Shown here piece after piece: positions 10,724-24,097 of a stretch of DNA of 51,157 nt; position 1 is the first letter of the stretch, and every line of letters starts with the position of its first letter. This DNA is from Myxococcota bacterium (GTDB lineage Bacteria; Myxococcota_C; UBA6777): contig JAKLKB010000032.1 of assembly GCA_023150835.1 (NCBI GenBank), positions 1 through 51,157 of the forward strand. Direction: 5' to 3'. The position numbers and the translations under genes are program-made. The notes beneath the pieces were generated by a model. The model did no database searches. It was not told where the DNA came from and saw only the letters and a program-made list of their open reading frames with translations.

Positions 10724-12217
10724 ATGGGTAAGTTGTCGGTGACGGTGTTGTCGGGATTTTTGGGAGCAGGGAAGACGAGTGTATTGGAGCACATTTTGCG
10801 TGAGCGCGATGAGATGCGTATCGCGGTGATCGTGAACAAGCCTAGCGGAGCGGGTGTGGCCGATGCGTTGGCGCAGCAGGGAGAGGCTCCGTGTTCGGCA
10901 TCAGATGGGGCGTGGGTGGAATTTTCGGACGGTTGTATTTGTTGCACGTTGCGAGAAGATCTGCACAAAGAGATCGAACGATTGGCGCGAGAGCAGCGCG
11001 TGGATCACCTGCTGATCGAGGCGATGGGGAGTGCAAGCCCGATCTCGATCGCGGAGATGTTTATGGAAGATCTGGAGGGGCCGTCGCTTTCATCGGTGGC
11101 AAGGCTTGATGCGATGGTGACGGTCGTGGATGCGCAAAATTTTCTGCGAGAGTACGAAGAAGCAGCATCGTTTGAAGAGCGCGGACTGGTCGAGGACGAA
11201 GACGAAGAGGACGAGGGGACGGTGACGGATCTGTTGATCGAACAAGTCGAATTTGCGGATGTGTTGATCGTCAATCAGATCGATCGGGTCGAACCCATCG
11301 AAGCGCAGCGACTGGTCGCGATCTTGCGTGTCTTAAATCCAAGAGCGGATCTGTTGTCAGCGGTGCAAGGGGCTGTTCCGTTAGAGCGGGTGCTGGGGAC
11401 GGGGCGGTTCGATGCGGTTGAAACAAGCCGATCTGCGGGATGGATGAAAGCTTTGCAACAGACCCCTTCGCCAAGCAGCGATACCACCGCACCGACGAGC
11501 TTTGTGTACAAACGAAGCATTCCTTTCGATGCGCAGCGGCTTTGGGGGCTGATCCACGACGAGAACTTTTGGGCGGGCATCTTGCGCTCGAAAGGTGTGT
11601 TTTGGCTCGCCGCTGCACCCGACTTGATCTACGAATGGGATCAAGCTGGTGGCTCCTGTCAACTCTTTCCCACAACGACATGGAGCGGAGAACACACCCA
11701 TCATAATCATCACGAACACACCCACCATTCGGGATGTTCACACGATCACGATCACGAACACGCCCATGAACACGGATGTTCGCACGATCACGAACACGCC
11801 CATGAACACGGATGTTCGCACGATCACGAACACGCCCATGAACACGGATGTTCGCACGATCACGAACACGCCCATGAACACGGATGTTTACACGATCACG
11901 AATACGCCCATGAACACGGATGTTTGCACACTCACGAGCACGGAGGTTCGCATCATCACGAACATACCCATGAACACACCCATGAACACGGATGCGCGGG
12001 GTGTTCGTGCGATGGTGCAGGCGGGTGTGAAGATGGAGAAGGGCAGGGGGGGATGGCGAAGGAGCGAGGCCAAGAACTCGTGTTCCTTGGGGTAGATTTG
12101 GATCGCGTGAGGATCGCGCAGCAGCTAGACGCTTGCTTGTTATCTCAGTCCGTGCAAGAGGCCGGAGAGTCGGCTTGGTTGGAGCTTCCGAATCCATTTC
12201 CTGTTCCCGAAGTGTGA
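10724..12217 (+). CDS. COG0523/CobW-family (ZigA/YciC-like) P-loop GTPase metallochaperone with a long His/Cys-rich insert
   Basis: GFLGAGKT Walker A, GCICCT metal motif, Exx[19 protein letters not shown], and CobW_C ([17 protein letters not shown]). The insert consists of 12-aa [12 protein letters not shown] repeats. Confidence 0.92.
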   Translation: MGKLSVTVLSGFLGAGKTSVLEHILRERDEMRIAVIVNKPSGAGVADALAQQGEAPCSASDGAWVEFSDGCICCTLREDLHKEIERLAREQRVDHLLIEAMGSASPISIAEMFMEDLEGPSLSSVARLDAMVTVVDAQNFLREYEEAASFEERGLVEDEDEEDEGTVTDLLIEQVEFADVLIVNQIDRVEPIEAQRLVAILRVLNPRADLLSAVQGAVPLERVLGTGRFDAVETSRSAGWMKALQQTPSPSSDTTAPTSFVYKRSIPFDAQRLWGLIHDENFWAGILRSKGVFWLAAAPDLIYEWDQAGGSCQLFPTTTWSGEHTHHNHHEHTHHSGCSHDHDHEHAHEHGCSHDHEHAHEHGCSHDHEHAHEHGCSHDHEHAHEHGCLHDHEYAHEHGCLHTHEHGGSHHHEHTHEHTHEHGCAGCSCDGAGGCEDGEGQGGMAKERGQELVFLGVDLDRVRIAQQLDACLLSQSVQEAGESAWLELPNPFPVPEV

Positions 12218-12228
12218 GAATCTGCGGG

Positions 12229-14460
<2,232 letters not shown>

Positions 14461-15041
14461 GAAGTGGAGATCGCTGTGGGCGTGACTGCGACCGCGTGGG
14501 CAGAGAAAGAGATCCCAAGAAGGAAGCGATGCCCGTAGTTTGCGGCAGCAAAAACATCATCATAGTGTACGTGGCAGGTTTTTTCCAGAGAGGCAGAGAT
14601 CGCACGCACCCGATGGTGGATGCAAATTTTAATTTGGGGAGATTCCGCACGATCATGAGAGGCAGATATCGTCGAGGCAAGGGCGTTTTGCATGAAAAAG
14701 CCGCGTTCGCGTCTGTTCAAGCGAAGGAGTCGTTGGTAGGAGTGGTACGAAAGCCGCCTGTAGTGTGATCGTTAAAGATGTAGGGGCAGCCCCCATAGGC
14801 GTTAGGTGAAGCCACAGCTGGCCCCTCTTACATGGGTACAAAACGCGGGCATCACGCAGAGGATACCGAAAAGAAGAGTCCACGGTCCCCCCGTTGGCCG
14901 GGGGGATTGAGGGGGGGGGCGAGCAAAAGAAAAGGCGATCAAGACCGACTCGACGAGGTTTCCACCTTCACCTAACGCCTATGGGGCAGCGCCCCAAAAA
15001 AGACAACCCCGATCCGTCGGATAATTTCAGGAGTGGTCGAA

Positions 15042-17966
15042 TTATCCGAGTTGAGATTGAAGTTGGAGATGGGCGCGATCGAGGAGCGCGTCGAGGGTGT
15101 GGCTGGGATCGTTGTACTCGCTGAGTGCGCTGTGAAGGAGGGGGGAAAAGGGCGCGTAGTGCTTGCTTGGGATGGGGTTTTGATAGAAGTGTTCAAAGAT
15201 GCATTGGAGGGTTTGTTGGGCGAAGAGTCCGTCGGTGCTAGGGAAAGCGATCGCGAGGCAGGAATCATCGAGGCGACCGAGGAGATCGAAGGGTCGGGTA
15301 TGGTTTTGGATGTGTTGTGCGAGTTGGATCAGGGTGATTTGGCGGGCTTCGGGTCCGTGTTGTTGAGCGAGAGCATCCCAAGCGTGGATCTGCAAAAGGG
15401 CGAGAACAAAGGGTCGTTGAAAGGCTTTGGCTTCGGCGAGTAGGGCGGAGGCGCGTTCGAGAAAGACGTGGCGGGTGAGGAGTCCGGTGTTGTTGTCGCG
15501 GTAGCGTTGTTGTTGCGTGGTTTGGGTGCGTTGGAGGCGGAGTTGGACGAGAGCAGTGATCTCTTCGCGGTGCATATTTTGCGTGACGATATCATGGAAG
15601 CCGATCTGGAGAGCGGTGGTTCGGAGTTTTCCTTCAAGGGCAGGAGAAAGCAGGAGTGTGGTCAGGTCGCTCCATCGGGGGGTTGAGCGGATGACGCGGC
15701 AGAGGTCCATACCACTAAAGCCGGGTACAGAGAGGCTGAGGAGGAGAAGATCAGGATTGATCTCTTCGAGGGTATCGAGCAGAAGAAGCGGGGAGGAGAG
15801 GGTGTGAACGGCGAAGCCAGCGCGGGTGAGGGCATCACCGACATCTTGGGCAAAGCCGGATTCATCGGGTGCGAGGAGGATATGAGAGCGTCGGATCGTT
15901 TGATGTCCCGTCAATCGGTGGAGAGCGTCAAGCCATGCCTGTTTGCGCAGGGGTTGGTTGAGCAGTTGGGAGGGGGTGATGTAGGAGGCGAGGATACGGT
16001 GGTGGAGTTCGGCTTGGTCGGTGAGAAAAAGGACGGGGACTTGTTCCATGTTGGGGCGACTGCGGATCCACTCGATCCAAAGGATGCCGCTGTTGATGAG
16101 AGAGGTTTCTTGTCGTACGGTTTGGCCGGAGGCTGCGGCCATTCCGTCGCGAGAGAGGCTGACATCCAAAAACAGGACATCGATCTGGTTGCTTTCGAGG
16201 ATCTGTTGAAGGGCTTCCCAGTCGTCGCTTGCGAGGACGCGGACGCGGTGTTCTTGGCCCCATGCGAGAAGGGCAGGGATAGTTTCGGGCTTTTGTCCGA
16301 CCACGAGCATGGTGGTTTCGGGCGGCATCTGCGCAAACTCCGAAGCGGAGGTTTGGGCAGGTGAGGCGTGTTGGAGATATTCGATGGTGAGTAGACACCA
16401 TTCGACACGTTCAAGAAGTCCTTGCCAGAAAGGCGTGGTATTGTCGGGATTTTGGTAAAGCAAGATCCAGATGGCTTGTTCGATCTCGGCGATGACTTCG
16501 TTGAGTTGGTGGTGTTCAAGAGCAGCGGCGATCCCGTAGACTTGTTGGACAAGGTGATAAGAAAATTGGAGAGGTTCTTGGGGGAAATAGCTTTGACGAG
16601 CGCTGGAGATGTGTTGGAGGAGTTCGTAGAGTTGGCTTTCGAGATCATCAAGGAGTTCGGGTTGGGTGGGGGCGTTGGAGGTTGTGCTGAGTGCGTTGTG
16701 TGCGGATGGGGCGGGCGTATGGAGAGAAGGTTTGGCTGTGTGTGCGGTTGTTGGGGAGGAATGAGGGGGAGGGTTTGCGGGTGGCGTGTTGGCTGTGGGA
16801 GGGACGGATTGGAGAGCGTCAGCGGTGGGGGTTTTCGTGCGTCGGGTGAGGTTGGAGGCTTTGGGTGCGAGGGTGGCGGAGGCGGTGAGGGAGGGCGAAG
16901 GGGTGCTTTTGGTGATACGGGGGAGGGTGGGTTCTTTGGGGTTCAGGGAAGGGCGAAAGGAGCCGAGATCTCCTGAAGTGACGGCATCTTGGGCATCATA
17001 GCGAGGGAGAGGATTTTTTTCGGGGGAGGGGTCAGGGAGAAGAGGGTTGGTGAGGGCGGATTTTCGGGCGAGTTGGCGCTGGACTTCTTGTTGTTGTTCT
17101 TCGATTTCACCGAGAAGAGCGGGGATGGATGGCATGGCGAACATGGTTTGTTCGGAGAAGATATCGGAGGCGATATCTTCGGTGTATGCGGGGCCTTCGT
17201 CGTCATCGTAGGCGAGAGTTGTTTTGGCGCGAGCGGGTGTTGGAGGAGGGGCAGAGATGCGGTCAAGATCGGCTCCGGAACGTTCGGAGCGTGGGACATC
17301 GATATGAAATAGCGGCGGGCCGACTTCGGGAAAGAGTTCATCGATCTCTTCGATCTCGGATATCTCGTCTGCTTCGCCAAGGTCGATCACGGCGTCCTCT
17401 TCGGAGGGTTCGTGATGAGAGGTGCCGGTGTCGTCTTCGGCGTCGATGAAGATCACATCTTCGGAGGAAGGGGAGGCGGGGAGGTCGGTGGGATGGGCGT
17501 CTGGGAGGTCGGTGGGATGGGGGATCTGATCGGGGGATATCTCGGCGGTGGTTTCGGCGATGGCTTGTGGAGAAGGGGGAGGGACAAGGTGTTCGATGTA
17601 GAGCAAGAGTTCGTCAAGGTTGAGTGGCTTGCTGAGGACTTTGTACACGCCGAGGTCACGGGTGAGTTCGCGGAATATCTTGATATCGCGGACAAAGACA
17701 GAGAGAGCGGAGACAAAGATGATGGCGCAGGAGTGGCCTTGTTCGCGCAGGCGTTGGATCAGCTTGTGTCCGTTCATCTCGGGCAGAAGGCCCTCAACGA
17801 GCAAAAAGGCGATGGGTTCTTTGAGCAGGAGGTGAAGGGCTTCGGAGGGCTTGTTGGTGACGAGGACGCGATATCCTTTGGCTTGAAGGGACTCGGTGAG
17901 TCGTTGGCGGAAAGCGCTCTCGCTATCGACGAGCAAGAGAGTTGGTATCATCAAACATTTCTCCAA
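15042..17966 (-). CDS. Multi-domain response regulator (REC, linker, HPt-like, REC, REC, degenerate GGDEF)
   Basis: N-terminal REC (LLLVDSE...KP), two further REC-like domains, and RDNNTGLLTR...DLLGRLDDSCLAIAFP (GGDEF fold with the motif lost). Confidence 0.8.
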   Translation of the reverse strand: MEKCLMIPTLLLVDSESAFRQRLTESLQAKGYRVLVTNKPSEALHLLLKEPIAFLLVEGLLPEMNGHKLIQRLREQGHSCAIIFVSALSVFVRDIKIFRELTRDLGVYKVLSKPLNLDELLLYIEHLVPPPSPQAIAETTAEISPDQIPHPTDLPDAHPTDLPASPSSEDVIFIDAEDDTGTSHHEPSEEDAVIDLGEADEISEIEEIDELFPEVGPPLFHIDVPRSERSGADLDRISAPPPTPARAKTTLAYDDDEGPAYTEDIASDIFSEQTMFAMPSIPALLGEIEEQQQEVQRQLARKSALTNPLLPDPSPEKNPLPRYDAQDAVTSGDLGSFRPSLNPKEPTLPRITKSTPSPSLTASATLAPKASNLTRRTKTPTADALQSVPPTANTPPANPPPHSSPTTAHTAKPSLHTPAPSAHNALSTTSNAPTQPELLDDLESQLYELLQHISSARQSYFPQEPLQFSYHLVQQVYGIAAALEHHQLNEVIAEIEQAIWILLYQNPDNTTPFWQGLLERVEWCLLTIEYLQHASPAQTSASEFAQMPPETTMLVVGQKPETIPALLAWGQEHRVRVLASDDWEALQQILESNQIDVLFLDVSLSRDGMAAASGQTVRQETSLINSGILWIEWIRSRPNMEQVPVLFLTDQAELHHRILASYITPSQLLNQPLRKQAWLDALHRLTGHQTIRRSHILLAPDESGFAQDVGDALTRAGFAVHTLSSPLLLLDTLEEINPDLLLLSLSVPGFSGMDLCRVIRSTPRWSDLTTLLLSPALEGKLRTTALQIGFHDIVTQNMHREEITALVQLRLQRTQTTQQQRYRDNNTGLLTRHVFLERASALLAEAKAFQRPFVLALLQIHAWDALAQQHGPEARQITLIQLAQHIQNHTRPFDLLGRLDDSCLAIAFPSTDGLFAQQTLQCIFEHFYQNPIPSKHYAPFSPLLHSALSEYNDPSHTLDALLDRAHLQLQSQLG

Positions 17967-18037
17967 AGAGCCGAGAGTGTAGGGGGGATGGGATCTGGGC
18001 GGCGCGGTGTTTGTTCGGATGTCCGAGCGATCGGAGG

Positions 18038-19723
18038 TTAGATCGAAGGAGGAGCGTGAGCTTCGCGGAGGTTGGGTGCGATGCCCATCCGAAAGCGCAG
18101 ATAAAAGTGTCCGATCTGGATGAGGTCGCCGTCGTTGAGTAGGGTGGGGCCTTTGACGGGCTTGTTGTTGATCAGGGAGGGCTGGGTGGCGATCATGTCG
18201 ATGAGTAGGTAGCCGCCGGGGGTTGCGACAAGACGGGCCTGCTTTTGGCTGATATCTTTGTCATCGAGTTGGATCTGTGCGCCTTGTCCGATCAGGGTTT
18301 CACCGAGGACAGGAAAGATCGTGCCTTCGGCGGGAGAAGCTCCCGAAGGGGCTTGCTCGACGATCAGATGGGCGTGGGGGATGCCAAAGACTTTTTGCAT
18401 GAGTTTGGAGAGAAGGTCGCGCTGTGTGGTGTTGAGGTCGATCATGGAGGTGTTGGTTTTGCGCAACATTCCGGTGGGATCGGAGATATCGCTTTTGGCG
18501 GCCTTACGGACTCTGCGGTAATGGTCTGCGTCGGGTCGTCGGGTGAAAACAGCGATGGCATCGACGATATGATCGTGCCAACGACGGGCTTCGCTGTCGG
18601 ATTGTGCGAAGCCATCGAGGTCTTCGATGCGTTTGATGAAAGGTTTGAGGATTTGGGCTGCGCGATCGAATTGTTGTTTGTCTGCGTAGCGATGGGCTTC
18701 TTCTGTGGCTTTGGCGACTTCTCCAAGCAAGATGCGCTCTGCGACGATCGGGTTCATTTTGAGGACGTTGTTGTGTTCGGAGTGGGCTTGGAGGGTATGG
18801 AAGAAAGATATCTGTTGGGGCGGTTGGCCGGGAAGTGTGTAGTTGAGTTCGATATCAGCGACGGTGAAAGCACCCAAGCGTGCGGGGGTTTTGATCTGCA
18901 TATCGAGCATCAAGTGGATCTTTTGTCCGCCGATCATGTCGGGTAGAGCGATCGCCATGCCGCGATCGGTGTAATGGATGGTTTGTTCGCCTCGGATGCC
19001 GAGAACCGAGCAGCCCATCCCGGGGCGAAAGAGGATCTTGATATCGGTACCGATCATACTAAACAAGCTGCCGAGTTCGCGTGCAAAGGCCAACGGTGCG
19101 ACTTCGCCGCTTTCGACATAAGCATACCCACCGCCACCTTGTCGGGCGATATCTTGGAGCAGATCTTCGTCGTGTTCGAGACCATAGCCAAAACAAGAAA
19201 CGGTGGTGTTTTGGCGTTTGCGCGCCACAAGGGCTTCGAGATCTCCGGGCTGTACCATGCCTCGATTGGGCTTTCCGTCCGAGAGCAAGACCATATGAAC
19301 CAGCTCGCCCGAGCGGGGTTCGGGGATATTTTTGAAGGCCATCCGAAGGCCGTCTTCCATGTTTGTGCTGCCGGCGGCTTGGATGCCGCTGAGGACGCCG
19401 TGAAAAAAGCCGCGTGTTTCGGGGGTAAGCAGCTTCATTGGCGTGACAAGGCGGCCTGTGTTGGCGAAAGTCACCATCCCAAGGCGATCATCTTCGTTGA
19501 GTTGTTGGAGCAGGATGCGGATGGATTCGATCATCAGTTCGAGCGGGCGTCCCATCATGGAGCCAGAAAGATCGACGCAAAGCATCAGAGAGATCGGAGC
19601 GCGGTGAGCGATGCGGATATCTTCGGCGGAAAGAGAGAGCAGCAATACTTGTTGGAGTTGTTGCTCGACGCCAAGCGTGGGATAAGCGAGATGGCTTTGA
19701 AGAGTTAGCGGGTTCCGGCTCAT
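18038..19723 (-). CDS. vWA domain protein with a C-terminal FHA-like domain
   Basis: AAGGAG RBS before MSRNPL; MIDAS motif DLSGSM, GSTNMEDGL, LLSDG; the C-terminal FHA-like region ends in LNDGDLIQIG. Confidence 0.85.
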   Translation of the reverse strand: MSRNPLTLQSHLAYPTLGVEQQLQQVLLLSLSAEDIRIAHRAPISLMLCVDLSGSMMGRPLELMIESIRILLQQLNEDDRLGMVTFANTGRLVTPMKLLTPETRGFFHGVLSGIQAAGSTNMEDGLRMAFKNIPEPRSGELVHMVLLSDGKPNRGMVQPGDLEALVARKRQNTTVSCFGYGLEHDEDLLQDIARQGGGGYAYVESGEVAPLAFARELGSLFSMIGTDIKILFRPGMGCSVLGIRGEQTIHYTDRGMAIALPDMIGGQKIHLMLDMQIKTPARLGAFTVADIELNYTLPGQPPQQISFFHTLQAHSEHNNVLKMNPIVAERILLGEVAKATEEAHRYADKQQFDRAAQILKPFIKRIEDLDGFAQSDSEARRWHDHIVDAIAVFTRRPDADHYRRVRKAAKSDISDPTGMLRKTNTSMIDLNTTQRDLLSKLMQKVFGIPHAHLIVEQAPSGASPAEGTIFPVLGETLIGQGAQIQLDDKDISQKQARLVATPGGYLLIDMIATQPSLINNKPVKGPTLLNDGDLIQIGHFYLRFRMGIAPNLREAHAPPSI

Positions 19724-19748
19724 GGTCGGGCGGCTCCTTGTTGCGTGG

Positions 19749-21095
19749 TCACTTGTTTGGTTGCGTGGGGTGGGCCGATGGATCATGCGAAAGCAGATAA
19801 TTGGCGCGTAACCATGCCTTGTGGGGGCGGGGGCGGTGTTTTCGGGATCTGTGTTGGGCAAACCACGAACGCATCACGCATTCGGCAGGCTTTCCGCGAG
19901 GCGAATAGCCTTTGTCCTTGGGTCCACCCGGCGCAAACCAGTTCCAGAAAAAGGCTCCGCGCAGGACATCGCTTTTTGACCATACTTCAGCGAAGGCTTG
20001 ATAGCAACGGCGTTGTTCTTCAAGCGAGATCGTCTTGTCGCGGGTGTAATCCCATGGATAGATGTTGGTGCCTTCTTGGCTATAATACCCGACTTCTGTA
20101 AACAGAAGTGGCTGGCGTGGATACGATTTTTTCCATTGTTCGATCTTGTGGCGGAGCTGGGTCCATGTGTTGCGCAGTTGCGAGAGGGGCGGATTGATGG
20201 CCTTGCTGAGCTCATAATAGTTGCTGATGCCGATCAGATCGAGCGCATCCCAAAAGGTGACGGGTTCGTAATGGTCCCAGTTGGCGGAGTAGATCAAGTT
20301 TCCGCTGTAGAGTTGGCGGATGGTACGGATCAGTTGGAGCCATCGGTGGCGATGCTTTTCCATGCTGACAAGCTCGCTACCGACAGAAAACAATTCGATG
20401 CCGTGTTGTTGGGCGATCTGGGCGTAATGGAAGATATAGCGTCGATAGCTACGCCACCAAGCATCGAGATTCGTGGGGTTGATCACGCCGCGCCAATCTT
20501 CGGGGCCGCGTTCTCGGAGTCGGACGATCGGGAGGAGAAAGACTTGGAGTCCTTGTCGGCGGGCTTGGTGGATGGTGCGGATCAGTCGGGCGTCACTGAC
20601 GGTTTTGGTTTCGTGGCGATCGATCTGCGTGGAGCGCACGTTTTTTTGGTACCAACTGACAATAAATCCGACGTGGCTTGCGCCTGTGTGGGCGATATCC
20701 GCGAGGAATCGTTCGTAATCGTAGGCTTGATCTTGGAAGTAGAGTCCGAGGCTGACACCGCGAAAGAACGGATGGGCGTGCCCTTTGCGCCAATCGGGAG
20801 CGGGCGCAGCAGCGGCGGGGGGTCGCATCGGCAGAAGAGGATATTCGTAAGGCTCGGTGCTCGGGAGTTTGCAGTCATAAGCGGTTTGTTGGCTTCGGTT
20901 GATCTGGGCGGTACTTGAGGCCAGCCAAAACACGATCAACAGGAAAAAGCCTACGATGCTCCATCGAGTGCGAGAGGACTGTCGGACCCGATCAAGAAAA
21001 GGCAACACCAGCGGGGCAGCGTCCGAAACAGCGGAAGGTGGGGGGGGGGCGTGTTGGTTTGGAGTATGGGGATCAACGTGCATGGATGCTCTCAT
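19749..21095 (-). CDS. Membrane-anchored glycoside hydrolase family 113-like (TIM barrel) protein
   Basis: ATGA overlap with the upstream kinase stop; TM segment WSIVGFFLLIVFWLA; motifs WRGVI, SVGSEL, YSANWD, FWDALDLIG, FTEVGY, GAFFWNW. Confidence 0.75.
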   Translation of the reverse strand: MRASMHVDPHTPNQHAPPPPSAVSDAAPLVLPFLDRVRQSSRTRWSIVGFFLLIVFWLASSTAQINRSQQTAYDCKLPSTEPYEYPLLPMRPPAAAAPAPDWRKGHAHPFFRGVSLGLYFQDQAYDYERFLADIAHTGASHVGFIVSWYQKNVRSTQIDRHETKTVSDARLIRTIHQARRQGLQVFLLPIVRLRERGPEDWRGVINPTNLDAWWRSYRRYIFHYAQIAQQHGIELFSVGSELVSMEKHRHRWLQLIRTIRQLYSGNLIYSANWDHYEPVTFWDALDLIGISNYYELSKAINPPLSQLRNTWTQLRHKIEQWKKSYPRQPLLFTEVGYYSQEGTNIYPWDYTRDKTISLEEQRRCYQAFAEVWSKSDVLRGAFFWNWFAPGGPKDKGYSPRGKPAECVMRSWFAQHRSRKHRPRPHKAWLRANYLLSHDPSAHPTQPNK

Positions 21096-22957
21096 TTTGG
21101 GGGTTGAAACCAGCCTTGTGTAGGGGTCGATGTTTCGGGCGTTTGTGGATCGGTGCGTTTCTCTTTGGTGAGGAGGGTGTTGTTTGTGGAGAGAGCCGCA
21201 AGATCCGCAGAGACAGCGCTGTTTGTGGGGGAAGCCGCAAGGTTTGAAGAGACAGCGCTGTTTGTGGGGGAAGACGCAGCAGCGGAGGAAAGGTCGCTTG
21301 GGTGTTCGGGGTCGATCGGAGCGGCGTCGAGGATATCGGGGCCTTGAAGGTCGGAGGGAGCGTCGTGTTGGGGTGGAGCGAAAGAAGGCGAAGGATCGAG
21401 GGTTTCGGGGGCGATATGCTGTTGGAGGCGTTGCCAAGCGTCTTGGGCGTTTTGTTGGGTCCAGTCTCCGAGGCTGGGTTGGGCTTGTTCGAGCGCGAGG
21501 CGCATCGCGTCAGCGGAAGAGAAGCGCTGTTTGGGGTCGATCGCAAGGGCCTTTTCGAGGATATCCAACAAGGCTGCGGGGATCTGGGGCGCCCGAGCAT
21601 GCAAGGCAGGGCGGGAGAATGCGCCTGTTTCGTGTTGTTCCTTGTAGTCTTGGATCGTGTCGGCTTGGACGAGAGGTTCGCCTGTGAGCAAGTGGTAGAG
21701 GATCGCGCCGAGAGCGTAGATGTCGGAAGCTACGAGGTTTTCGCCCTGAAAGCGTTCGGGAGCCATATAGGCGGGTGTTCCGGGATTTTTGCCATGTCCA
21801 CGTGCTGCGATCTCTGCGGGGGTTGCGGCGATACGGCAGGCGATACCAAAGTCGAGTACCTTGAGAAAGTCGTGTTGGTGTTCGTCGAAAGTGACGAACA
21901 AGTTGGAAGGCTTGAGGTCGCGGTGCAAGATGCCCTGCTTGTGGACGGCTGCGACGCCGCGACAGGCTTGGAGCATCAGATGAAGGGTGCGGGCAAGGGG
22001 GAGGGGGCCTTGGATCTGTTGAAGTGCAAAAAGGTTGATGCCTTGGAGCGATTCCATCACAAGGTAGAGGTCTTGTTCGGTCTCGCCAAAGTCGAGGATG
22101 CGCACGACGTGGGGATCTTGGATCTTGAGCGTGAGTTCTGCTTCTCGACGCCACGCTTGGAGAGCGCGTTCGCGCTGTGTGCTTTGGAAAGGCATACGTT
22201 TGATCACGCAAGGCTGGGCAAGAAGTCGGTTCCATGCAAGGTAGACTTGGCTCATCCCCCGCTGATTCAGGCGTTGTTGGATCTGATATCGCCCCAGCCG
22301 ATCCGTTTGGCTCAACAGACGGTGAAGATGCTGTAGCATCCATGCAGACAAAGCCCCAAGCGCCGTTGCCATCGCCAAAAGCACGTTGGAAAAACCAAAT
22401 TGGCGCATCGCCGCTCCTTCTTCTAACGGAGCAAACGAAAGCCACCCCACCGACAACGCAAACATACTCCACAACCACAGCGCCACAGGCAAAAAACCGC
22501 GCAGTCCACCCGGCAACAACACTCCACGCGCTACGATCAACAGCGCAAATAGCCCTGCTGTCGGCGTTTTGTAGCCGCCAAAGTAGTAGGCTCCGATCAC
22601 GCCGAGATACAGCGCCAACACCAGCCAGCCGATCCATTCTGCCCACTGCAAGAGCGATTCGCGCTGCCCTTTGAGGGTGGTCAGAAGCACCAAGATCCAC
22701 AACACCACGCCCACACCTGCGGCACCACCCATCACGGTCGTGATGCCCGTGTGGTGCCAACCCAACGGCGGCCACCACGCACCGATCATCCCCCCCAACA
22801 CAAACAGCGTTCCAAGGCTGCCCCACAGCATCTGTAGCCCTGCGCGCCGCATACGCGAAACAGACAGCAACCAAGGCGGCACCCCGTATGGATCATGCGA
22901 AACATACGGTGAGGCGTTGGTTTGCGAGGTTGAAGGACGTTCCATCAGTGTTGCCAC
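21092..22957 (-). CDS. Membrane-bound Ser/Thr protein kinase
   Basis: About six N-terminal hydrophobic segments, then kinase motifs HRDLKPSN, KVLDFG, GTPAYMAPE, DIYALG. Confidence 0.88.
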   Translation of the reverse strand: MATLMERPSTSQTNASPYVSHDPYGVPPWLLSVSRMRRAGLQMLWGSLGTLFVLGGMIGAWWPPLGWHHTGITTVMGGAAGVGVVLWILVLLTTLKGQRESLLQWAEWIGWLVLALYLGVIGAYYFGGYKTPTAGLFALLIVARGVLLPGGLRGFLPVALWLWSMFALSVGWLSFAPLEEGAAMRQFGFSNVLLAMATALGALSAWMLQHLHRLLSQTDRLGRYQIQQRLNQRGMSQVYLAWNRLLAQPCVIKRMPFQSTQRERALQAWRREAELTLKIQDPHVVRILDFGETEQDLYLVMESLQGINLFALQQIQGPLPLARTLHLMLQACRGVAAVHKQGILHRDLKPSNLFVTFDEHQHDFLKVLDFGIACRIAATPAEIAARGHGKNPGTPAYMAPERFQGENLVASDIYALGAILYHLLTGEPLVQADTIQDYKEQHETGAFSRPALHARAPQIPAALLDILEKALAIDPKQRFSSADAMRLALEQAQPSLGDWTQQNAQDAWQRLQQHIAPETLDPSPSFAPPQHDAPSDLQGPDILDAAPIDPEHPSDLSSAAASSPTNSAVSSNLAASPTNSAVSADLAALSTNNTLLTKEKRTDPQTPETSTPTQGWFQPPK

Positions 22958-23110
22958 GTGCGCTTTCTTTCTTGGTTTGGGTCGTTCTCGTCTTCACACT
23001 TTGGTGCGGAGACGTTATAACATACCCGACTTTTCCTAACACAAGAGACCCGACGCACAAAGGGCCTGTTTTTTGGGATTTGTTCGCGTCGCGCATGGAG
23101 GCATAAAAAG

Positions 23111-24097
23111 ATGGAGTCGAAAGAGTTGGTTCCCCGCAATCGGGTGATGTTGGACGAGGCCAAAGGCATGCTGCAAGGAACGCGGCTGCGCATGGAAGAA
23201 TCCATGAAGCTGCTTGGCCTGACCCCTGAGACGCTACCCTTGATCACGCTGTTTCCGTTGCTTTATGTCGCGTGGTCCAACGACAATATCGAACTCAAAG
23301 AGCTTCAAGTGATCTTGGAAGTCGCCAACGAGCACGGACTCTACGAAGGTTCCGCACGCGAAGTCCTCAGCTCTTGGCTAGAGTCCAAACCCAACGAGCG
23401 CTTCTGGAAGGCCGGACTGTACTTGGTGGGCGTGTTTCTCCAAGGCGAGAGCGACGCCACCAAAGGCACGATCTTGGAACTGGCCGAGCGCGTCGGACAT
23501 GCGGCGGGCGGGTTGTTTGGGATGGCTTTTACTGTCGATGCACGCGAGCGGGAAGCCTTGCAAAAGATCAGTACTGCGCTTGGTTTGCACAACGAAGCCG
23601 CACGAAAAAAAGTCATGGAAGCCGTCGAATCCCAGTTTTCCGAACGTGAGCTGTCTTGGCAAGATCCCATCCAATGGCAGTGGGTTCAGCTGGGTTCCAT
23701 CGTCATCACGGTGCTTCTGGCTTTGGTGTTGTTTGCACAACGTAGCTTTCTTGACGCGATCTTGCTGAGAGTCGTCCCCCCTGCCGCTCCCGAACCCTCG
23801 CTGCTTGCGGCGGGATTGATCTTCGTGATCTTGCCTGCGATCCCCTTTGTCTTGGGGGGAGCCTTGATCGGTTATCGTAGTGAAGGTGACGTGCAACGCG
23901 AGGCGGTCTTGGCGGTGATCATCCCTGTCGTGATGTACTGGGGGTTTTCCTTGGTGTTCTGGCTACTTGCAAAGAGCCAAACATGGGACGGGCGCCGCTG
24001 GATCATGCAAGCCACCTTTACAGCCGTCGCCATCTTTGTTACGGCGGGCAGCGCTCGCTTTGTTTCTTGGCTGACTTCGCACAAAAGTGGGCGTTGA
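23111..24097 (+). CDS. TerB-like helical domain plus C-terminal transmembrane segments
   Basis: GGAGG RBS; PLLYVAWSNDNIELKE and VGHAAGGLFG...VDAREREAL resemble TerB-like domains; four hydrophobic helices follow. Confidence 0.55.
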   Translation: MESKELVPRNRVMLDEAKGMLQGTRLRMEESMKLLGLTPETLPLITLFPLLYVAWSNDNIELKELQVILEVANEHGLYEGSAREVLSSWLESKPNERFWKAGLYLVGVFLQGESDATKGTILELAERVGHAAGGLFGMAFTVDAREREALQKISTALGLHNEAARKKVMEAVESQFSERELSWQDPIQWQWVQLGSIVITVLLALVLFAQRSFLDAILLRVVPPAAPEPSLLAAGLIFVILPAIPFVLGGALIGYRSEGDVQREAVLAVIIPVVMYWGFSLVFWLLAKSQTWDGRRWIMQATFTAVAIFVTAGSARFVSWLTSHKSGR

